Assembly: GCA_030390025.1 (NCBI GenBank)
Contig: CM059437.1
Coordinates: 4,154,001-4,218,000 of the forward strand
Reading direction: 5' to 3'
DNA length: 64,000 nt
DNA from: Squalus acanthias
Lineage: Eukaryota
Shown: piece by piece, positions 55,047-64,000 of the stretch
How positions within the stretch are numbered: the first letter of the stretch is position 1
Layout of the letters: each line of letters starts with the position of its first letter
The notes under the pieces: model-generated
Databases searched by the model: none
Told to the model about the DNA's origin: nothing
What the model saw: the letters and a program-made list of their open reading frames with translations, nothing else
Translations under genes and position numbers: made by a program

Positions 55047-58000
55047 AATCAAACTGAACATTTATCGTGTTCAGTTGGAGATCGCCAACCACCACCAACA
55101 TTACAAGAAGGTATCATCCCTTTACAAAACACTCAAATCAAACAGTATCACCAGAATTTCACATATTCGGCGCTTAGTTTATTTCCTAGCGGGTGTACTT
55201 TATGTCTTTCTTTCTCGCGGCTCTCCACACACTGACTTTGACATTGGCGGCCCCTGTTGCGGACATTCAGTCACTCGAACAGTCACATTTTAATCTATTT
55301 TCTAAATGTAAAAAACAATCGCTTGTGTTTTTTTCCCAAAAGGAATAGCACAATGGAAAACTACATTTTGATTTCTCAGCAAATAACTTATTGTCACGTC
55401 ACATAGATACAGAATTCTGTAGCCACTGTAACTGCAGCGTGTTTCCGTTTGTAATAGAGGAAGAGTTATATAATCGGGACACCTGTAGATCAGATGATAA
55501 TTATTGGCTTCTTTTCAGTAATGAAAGCGAATCACATTTAGCGACGTTTGAGATCTTAAAACCACATGTAAACGATTTAAAATTAACAGCTTGATTTTAA
55601 TTATTATTATTGTTGTTAATGCTGCATGAAAATTACAGATTTGCATTTCAGTTGAAGCTTAAATAATGTTTAAATGGATTTTTTTACTCGTCTGTACTTT
55701 CAGTTTGATCAGGTCGAAAAGACTTAAGTATAAATACAGAGAGAAACGCGTCTACAATTACACATCAAACCCAGCTTTAAATCCTTACCAACAACAGTAT
55801 TTTACCTCGGCAAAGCTTGCGGAGGAGACCCGCCGCGCAGAATGAAACGAATGTCACGGTTTACTCTTTGTTTCAACTGATTCCAAGCTTGCGCTTTAGA
55901 TAATGTTTTATCTAAATAAATGATTTGCCATTTCCTCCCCAACATCCCACCGACTTTGATTTTCGGTTTGCATCAAGGTTGCGAATAACAACCCGAACTT
56001 GGAATAACAATAGGATCTATCGCTCTACATATCCGGAACCGTAGGAATCTTATGAGTATTTGCTAAACTTTAATAAATTATAAATTGCTTTCTAACGAAT
56101 CCTTGGCATTGTCAACACATCTTTGCACAAAACAACTTTAAAGAAAAACAGCAGGCAACCCGTCCAGAACCTAAAATACAACTATTTCAGCGAACAAAAA
56201 TAAATGTAAAACTTTTCTCAAGGAAACTATATTTGGTCCTGCTCTAAAGTTATTAAACGCTGTTACATTGTTCGATCACTTACACTGCCGCTCATGGGAT
56301 GGTGGGTTGCTTCACAAGCTGGGAGGATTTTCTTAAGCGTTTACTAAGGATTTTCCTATGGGGTTTCGCAAGAAATGGTGCAAACATATGCTTCTCAGAC
56401 GCACAGTACTTCTCTCCATTTTTCCCTTCCAGCTTAGCCATCGGAATAATGCAATTTATAAATGGGGTATTCCAGGTTGAATAGCTTATGTTGATTTCAT
56501 AAAATAAACCCGATGTTTACTTACAAAATAACGTGTTTAAAATCTGTGTATCCCTGTTAATATTGCATTAATCTCTGTTAACACACACTCACATGTTGGG
56601 CTAATCTTTGCAAACGTCGAGCAGGCACACCACAGCGGTGCAATAACAGACAAGGAGTTTGCACTGACTCTGCGAAGTATGCATCCATTTAGAGGGTCAA
56701 AGATTTATTGATAATTAATATTTGGGAGTAATATCTTCGAAAATTGGAGATTCTGGGACCAATTGTCTTACTATCGAAACATTCTTTTCTCTGTATGTTT
56801 ATACAGCACTGGGCGAACTGGAAAATACAAACTGCCGCTGCAATAATTCAGATTGCCACTTGAGGTCGCTGTTGCTCCACTAATGGGCCTAAGAGGACCA
56901 CGGCCTTTATGTGACTATCTTGAGACTGAATTCAAGGCTAAAAAAAAGCAATTTTTCCGTAGTTCTATTTGTAGCATTAAGATGCACTAACAAAGTTAAA
57001 CTTCATATTGCACGTCACAGTCTAAAATATTTTAAAATTTAACTTCAGCGATTTAGGTCACGCCTGCTTATTATAATTGTACAATGGTATACACAAATGA
57101 AACAGCCAACAGATTAGGCTAATAATTACTTTTAACTAATAAAGCTCACATTTAAGTCTTTTCATTGCTCTACCGTGTTTCCTAAAATTTACCTTGCATC
57201 GATTTAGAATAGAGATAGATGGCGATCACTATACTGAAAATATTATCTCTTTATATATTTTAGAGTAACAGACGAGTTATTTTTTAAACTCTGGGATGAA
57301 AGGTTGTCTGCGAACTGTTCAACAATTGCTGGGCCTTCTTATCAGGGGGCCATGATTGATGTTGGTATTCATACAGTTTTGAGTTACAGCATAAGCAGGT
57401 CGGAATATATATGCCACTTTGAAAGATCATTGTGCATTAAACTGTCTACCATTCTTTACTGCTTTTCCAATTAGTCACTTCCAACTCTCAGACTAGCCTT
57501 CCTGTTGCTTTAAGGTAGTGACCAACAAAACAAAAAAAACTACATCACTTATGAAAAACATTTTTCTTAAGTCTGCACATTTTTCCTTGTATAGCATCTA
57601 CGAAACAGTTAGATTATCATGCAGATTAAACCGAGTAACAAGCAGCATTGACATAATTAGCAATTTAACTTGAAATTATTTATCCTTTTAAGGGAAAATA
57701 ACGCTGGTAATGCTATCAGCAACACTAACTTCATACGTTCTTTTGAACGAAAACGTTATTGTAAACTTGAAATCGTGACTGAAGCAAGAGATATTTCTTG
57801 CAGAGGGAGTCATCTGCAATTCAAGGTCAGACCGAGAGTCGAGCGTTTTCAAAGTCAGCAACTTTCTTGACACCTTTTTTCAGCATCAGAATAAATAAAA
57901 CTCCCGCCACACTGAACAAAACACCACATTCTGGAATCACACCAAATGATCAGTCTCTAAAACAAATAAATTAAAAATTGAACGAAGTATTTGTAAAAGC

Positions 58001-58679
58001 AAAGTTTGTTGCAACAATTCAAAATAATCCAAATCCCAGGGATCAGAAACAAACAGTAGAACACACAGAAAACTGCTGCAAAAACTCAACAATTCAATAG
58101 ACAAAGGAGTGTTATTTATAAACACAACACAGATTAACGGTAAATTGCGCATTAATCCGAAACTAAATTTGTAGCAGGATATCTGAACCCAGCTGGTTAT
58201 GGAAGCGGGAATTTAAAATAATGAACATAGGTATGTTATATTCAGGTGTTCCCAAACCACCTCAGTAAGACGGAAGAAAGACGCCAAAATCAACACAGAT
58301 CAGGCGACATTTGCTCGGATATTTTACTGCTTTAACTACATCGATGTGAGACTGCGGGACCAAAACTCAATGTGAGGGTAAATGCTAAGCGGGAGGGCCC
58401 CGGGAATTATATTACTGCACTAGAATTCTGCAAATCCAATGAAGGCGCTCGACCCCGAGATAAGGCAGGGGGGCTCCGATTTTCGGAGGGAGCTGTTTTT
58501 ACATATGGTTTGATGTCTGCCATTAGCTCGCCTGATGTGCTATTCTTGAACTTGCGTGCAACAACCTTCCGTTTCCATTTAGTACCAGCTTCATTGATGT
58601 ACAAATAAGGCCCAAAACATTACGTTCAAGAATCCCGCCATTGCCAGAAGTAGCCTCCGACCACCAGGAAGATGCACAC

Positions 58680-59430
58680 ACTCACCTGTCAGACTCTTAC
58701 TGTCTCTTTCGGGGTCCCCCCACCCCCACCACCAAAAGTCTCATTTGTTGCTTTAGTGCTTCGCCCCTTCAGTCCCTCAATGACCATGGGCCGTAGCATC
58801 TGTGCTCGTTCTCTCTCCCCGTTCGTATGCGCGCTGCAGATTTTATAACACACTGCTCAATATTACTGCTATTAGGGCTGGACGTTGATTGCGCCACCCT
58901 GCGCATTATGCAGATTGTCCGCCGTTACAGTTTAGCTTTTGAAAAGAACCCTTCGGTTTACTTAGGAGGCTGTTGTATTTATGTGAAGTCGGTGCTGTGC
59001 GTAATTTCCAGCTCGTTTGGTCAGTCGGATTTATGCCAAGGGAGGCTCATTTCAAAATGAATCGTTAACATAGTATTAAAGATCAGTGAAATATAACTGT
59101 CGCCATGGCAACGGTTGTTGCCTGTTATTGGCGCAACATGGCAAGGTTACAGAACATTGCCGACTGCGTCAGGCTCTGGAGGGGCCATCAGCCAGGCAGC
59201 TAGTTGCTAAATAGATTCACTTTCTGTCGACAGGGGGGGGTGGGGGGGGACAGCGCCAAGTTTGAACCCCGCTTATGTTTTGTTTGAGCTTTGAGGTTGC
59301 TGGGAGCTATTAACAGATCGTGAAACTGATCCGTTTGCGGAGCGAAGTTTGGAAGTTTGAGCTGTTAGTGGAATGTGTTTGTCTTGACCCCGGGGTCAAA
59401 GGTGACCTTGACCTGACGGAAGTTCAAAGA
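58680..59430 (-). promoter_or_regulatory. Orphan promoter-like module (TATA, CTCF-like, RFX, nuclear-receptor array) with a candidate first exon
   Basis: Minus-strand TATAAAA at 58847-58841, donor CAG|GTGAGT at 58686/58685, X-box GTCGCCATGGCAAC at 59099-59112, and NR half-site cluster at 59384-59426. Confidence 0.45.
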
Positions 59431-60794
59431 CAGTGCTTATTAGGCCAGAAGGAAAAAAAAAGACGGCCAGGCACTTAAAGCATCTGCGTTTTCTGGGAAA
59501 GAGAGGGGCGATAAAAAAGCGAGAAAGGAAAGAATGAAGGGGAGACAGGGAGATAAAGACAAGCAAGACGTGGAGAGGAAGCGGGAGACAGTAAGGAGGT
59601 AAAAGGGGGACAAACAGACACATACAACGAATCGGGCAGCATCTGTTATGAGAAAGAATGTTGTCATTTTGGATAAAAACCATTCGATTTATAAATTTCT
59701 GCGTTAATTAGAAATGTCCAGCCACTGCAGCTTGTTAAAAACTGAAACAGGCAGCGAGGCTAGAAAAGGGCGGAGAGATAGACAGACCGAGGCAGAGGAA
59801 GGAAAATGGAAAGTGGAAGGCGGAGAAAGGGGTGGAAAAGATGGGAAAGGAAGAGAGAGAGACGAGGGAGAGAGAGATAGAGGGAACGGAAGAAGGAGAC
59901 AATAACAGATCGGAGAGACAAAAAACAGAATTGCCAGCAAAACGCTTGTGTCTCTTATCCTATCAGAGCGGTTGTAGAGAAAGAGACGAAATCTTATTTC
60001 ATCGACACACATGCAGCAACACGAATGGGACGTGGTGGAGATATGAGTTTATCCGAGAATTAAAACTACAATGATAGTCAAAGCGCGAGCGATCGAAAAA
60101 TCGAGCCAAAGAAGAAATGACAGGATAGACCGTAGTAAATATGTCTTAATTTTTAAAAAAAACCCTCAGTGTAAACAGTCGGACCCATTCCCTCACTGTG
60201 AGATGCACATCTGGACAAACAGCCTGAATATTTTTCACCAGATAAAGTCCTGGCCTCTCCTAGTTCTACTGTATGTATTCAGGAAGTTGAAAATAACGAA
60301 TTGGTCCCCGGCCCGTACGGAAAGCAAGTCTGGCTTTAAACATTGTGCAGGGTTGTGTCACGGGTTCAACATGGCCGCTCGGGTTCCTGTGCTGGGAATA
60401 CATAAATGCCGGTCCCCCACCTTCGAGTGAGATTGTGACTGCTTGGTCTTTGTCCATTCAGTAAGTTTTAGTTAAAAGAACAAATAATATAAATGCAAAT
60501 ATCCGTTAAACTCAACAAGGAGAGAGAGAGAAGTCTTGTTCTACCCGAAATGCACCAAAGTCACAATTCGCATCATGTTTTCAAGTTGGTCTTTGTTTTT
60601 TTCTCTCCATTTTTGATTTCAGTCGAACTTCTCTTCCATTAGAGACAGAGTGGTAGATCTACAGGCAGAGAGATAAAAGGACGGAGTGTGGCGGAGAAAT
60701 AAACACAGACAGTCACAGAGAGGGGCAGAGAGACACACAGAGGGAGAGATAGAGACAGAGAATGCGACAGGGAATCTATCAGAATGTAGGCGAG

Positions 60795-61120
60795 GAATGT
60801 GGGCACATGCTGGATCCGTACTGGGTACAAGTTGGGCACATGTTAGGTGCACAGCATAGAATTGCTGAGTGCATGCGGAATACATGGTGGAGACATGGTG
60901 GAGACGTGGTGAGAACAGGCTAGGTATATACCATGTATATGCTGGATACGTGCTGGATCCTGTTAGCTCAATATTAGGTACATAATGGATACATGTTAGG
61001 TGCATGGAGGTTGCATGCTGGCTACATGCTCAGTACATGTTGGATACATGCTCGAAATATCATGTATATATGTTAGGTACAACTTTGCACATATTGGGTG
61101 CATGTAATTGCCTGCATGAT
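60795..61120. repeat. Degenerate minisatellite of about 11-bp units (catgYtggata / catgttaggtg)
   Basis: Recurring acatg(c/t)t(g/a)g(a/g)t units. Confidence 0.6.
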
Positions 61121-61122
61121 AT

Positions 61123-62078
61123 TTCCACATGTACGCTGACGACACCAGCTCTACCTCACCACCACCTCTCCCGACCCCTCCACTCTCTTTAAATTGTCAG
61201 ACTGCTTGTCCGACATCCAGTTCTGGATGAGCAGAGATTTTCTCCAACTAAATATTGGGAAGACCGAAGCCATTGTCTTTGGTCCCTGCTGCAAACTCCA
61301 TTCCCTAGCTACCAACTCCACCCCTCTCCCTAGCTTCTGTCTGAGGTGGAGCTAGTCTGTTCACAACCTTGGTGTCATATTTGACCCCAAGATGAGCTTC
61401 CGACCACATATCCGCGCCATCACAATGACCGCGTATTTCCACCTCCGTAACATCGCCCGACTCCACCGCTGCCCCAGCTGCTGAAATCCTCATCCGTGCC
61501 TTTGTTACCTCTAGACTGGACTATTCCAACGCACTCCTGGCCGGCCTCCCACATTCTACCCTACGTAAACTTGAGGTCATCCAAAACTCTGCTGCCCGTG
61601 TCCTAACTCACACCAAGTCCCGTTCACCCATCACCCCTGTGCTTGCTGACCTACATTGGCTCCCGGTTAAGCAACACCTCAATTTTAAAATTCTCATCCT
61701 TGTTTTCAAATCCCTCCATGGCCTCGCCTCTCCCTATCTCTGTAATCTCCTTCAGCCCGACAACCTCCTTAGATCTCTGCGCTCCTCCAATTCTGCCCTC
61801 TTGCCCATCCCTGATTTTAATCGCTCCACCATTGGTGGCCGTGCCTTCAGCTGCCTTGGCCCTAAGCTCTGGAATTCCCTCCCTATACCTCTCCCCCTCT
61901 CTGCCTCTCTCTCCTCGTTTAAGACGCTCCTTAAAACTTCTCTGACCAAGCTTTTGGTCATCTACCCTATTCCTTATGTGGCTCGGTGTCAAATTTTGTT
62001 TGATAATCGCTCCTGTGAAGCGCCTTGGGACGTTTTACTATGTTAAAGCCGCTATATAAGTACAAGTTGTCGTTGTTG
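61123..62078 (+). mobile_element. 5'-truncated L2-clade LINE (end of RT, ORF2 C-terminus and 3' tail), degenerate
   Basis: FHMYADDT motif at 61123 followed by a frameshift. LHWLPVKQHLNFKILILVFKSLHGLASPYL...GGRAFSCLGPKLWNSLP...FKTLLKT. Tail gctatataagtacaagttgtcgttgttg. Confidence 0.9.
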
Positions 62079-62543
62079 CATGCTGAGCATGACTGGCTCA
62101 GGATAAGTGCAGAAGTACTTTGCTAAATTCTAAACTGTTTCGATAGTGATTTGCTTCGCTTGGATTGGGGGTGGGGAGCACATGATTTGGCCAGTTTGTA
62201 CCTCAGTTAATAAACGGGTTCACTTTAATATTTCGAAGCATTATTTTTGCTTTTAATATCATTAGAGTGCAAAATCTATGAAATTGCGTCGACCCTTAAG
62301 TGGAATTAAATACCAACAGGGTTGCCATTCTGGGTTCTGGGCGATCACCTGGACAGATAGAACCGGCCTGTCAATTCTGGGAGACTCAGTTTGAAGGATG
62401 TATTTGGTGAGAATGACGTGTGATGACCGGGCGCATATTGTTCCAGTGTGCTGTAAACTACCAACTACATTGGAGGAAAATAACTGTCGATATTGTTGAT
62501 ACCATGTCTTAATTTACTTGAGTACAAATTCTCTAACTTTCTC

Positions 62544-62996
62544 GGACTTCAAGGGTTAAGTTAGGAGGAGAGATTATACTAATTAGGGTTGTAATCCCTA
62601 GAAGTTAGACGGTTAAAGGGTGATCTGATCGAAGTTTTCAGGATATTAAGGGGAACAGATAGGGTAGATAGAGAGAAACTATTTCCGCTGGTTGGGGAGC
62701 CTTGGACTAGGGGGCATAGTCTAAAAATTAGAGCCAGGCCTTTCAGGAGTGAAATTAGGAAACACTTCTACACACAAAGGGTGATAGAAGTTTGGAACTC
62801 TCTTCTGCAAACAGCAGTTGATGCTAGATCAATTGTTAATTTTAAATCTGAGATTGATAGATTTTTGTTAACCAAAGGTATTAAGGAATATGGACCAAAG
62901 GCGGGTATATGGAGTTAGGTCGCAGATCAACCATGATCTTATTGAAGGGCAGAGCAGGTTCGAGGGGCTGAATGGCCTCCTCCTGTTCCTATGTTC
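62544..62996 (+). mobile_element. 5'-truncated CR1 LINE 3' fragment
   Basis: Translates to LEVRRLKGDLIEVFRIL...TRGHSLKI...RKHFYTQRVIEVWNSL (CR1 ORF2 C-terminus). Tail gggctgaatggcctcctcctgttcctatgttc. Confidence 0.9.
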
Positions 62997-64000
62997 TCGC
63001 CAGTGGCCCACAGCTCCGTGGCGCTTGCTTAACAAAGCGGAGGCAACGCTCCATCGTGAGGCTCGGAACTCGATCTGTACTAAACATTCAAAGCAGTAAA
63101 GATATTCGAGGCTGGGTTCAACCCGAATTCTTACATCGTGTGTACCGGTCCCGGGGCGGCAGCCAGATCCGGGTTCGGTCGGACCACGCCTGGATCACCG
63201 AGTCTAGCCTTTCCTTCACACAAATGAATTAATTTGTGTCTTTTAATCAGATTTCACACCTCCCGATGGCATCCCAAACTCTGGCTGTTTTGTGACGGGT
63301 GTTGTCATCGCCGTTTATTGCGGGGCTGTGATTCTGGTTTCAGTCTGAACTTTATTTTGATTGTTAAGCAATTAAAAAAAACTTTTAAAAAAAAAGCATG
63401 AAACTGCGAAATGGTAAAGGGAAATATTTCTGCTGCAGGGATTTACAGCTAAGAACATGTATTTATCAGGAACGAATATAGTATTGCAAAAATCTGCATG
63501 ATGATTTAATTTAGCTCAATGGATCAGAAACACTCACTGAAACAGCATCAAAGGTTGAGGTATTTTAATTTTTAGTGGAAATATTCCGGCAAGCACATTT
63601 TAGAATATTTAATTCGCAAACATTGTAGATTGAACATGCTAACAAGTTATTGCAGAAAACTTGCAACTGAATAGTTAACAGTATTATACCTGCATTGCTA
63701 ATTATTACATATTATTCCGAAATAAGGGTACTGAAGGCGCCACCGCGCTGAATCCACGAGGCTGTTTTCATAACGGAAATCTATCTTACTAGATAAATAA
63801 TAACAGAAAATAATTCTAAGGCAAAGATTAATAATTAAGAAACTGCTCGCTTGAAATATCTGTTGACAGCGATCTGTGAGACTGTGAATCATTTCAGGTC
63901 CTTGGCTCCCCATCAGTTGGGCCGGGAGGTACTGGCACATTCCTCTTCTTGATATAATAATCTGTTTGTGTCACTCGGTGTACCCGTTGTGCCCTGTTTT

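Noticed and set aside
52812-55293. Long ORFs of 107-275 aa
   Set aside because: Artefacts of N-runs and (TATC)/(TC) microsatellites.
57928-58010. Minus-strand LLQILRSIFNLFVLETDHLV*FQN, faintly like Hox11 [21 protein letters not shown] (possible HoxB11/12 pseudo-homeobox)
   Set aside because: It needs several indels, lacks RR after FQN, and has no helix-1 or N-arm match. Most likely chance in AT-rich DNA. A tBLASTn/HMM search would settle it.
58407-58604. ORF containing YIN...KWKRK, superficially homeodomain-like
   Set aside because: No WFQNRR or correct spacing and a non-ATG start.

Overview
Eukaryotic, vertebrate genomic DNA: the middle-to-posterior part of a HoxB cluster, with all genes on the minus strand. 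Order along the window is HoxB5, HoxB6, HoxB7, HoxB8, HoxB9, miR-196, HoxB10, then about 16 kb without a recognisable Hox gene. HoxB4/miR-10 would lie to the left and HoxB13 to the right, and neither was seen. All six genes have two exons, canonical GT-AG phase-1 introns and intact reading frames. An intact HoxB10 plus shark-type repeats (Deu/SacSINE-like tail, CR1 and L2 3' ends, a Penelope-type terminal fragment) suggest a cartilaginous fish, probably a shark (inference). Most notable observations: (1) an orphan TATA/first-exon/splice-donor unit with RFX, CTCF-like and a dense nuclear-receptor array at about 58.7-59.4 kb, where HoxB11/12 would have been; (2) a 100-bp TSD-flanked insertion carrying a minimal hammerhead-ribozyme core; (3) miR-196 with in-window targets in HoxB8 (fully paired, with 4 G:U) and HoxB7 (8mer); (4) a Ser-to-Gly change in the HoxB10 pre-homeodomain motif; (5) in-frame tandem splice acceptors in HoxB6/7/8; (6) a candidate distal HoxB6 non-coding exon; (7) CTCF motifs; (8) small duplications in the HoxB10 intron and 3'UTR. 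There are three N-gaps. Coordinates were read by eye, and regulatory calls are motif-based only.
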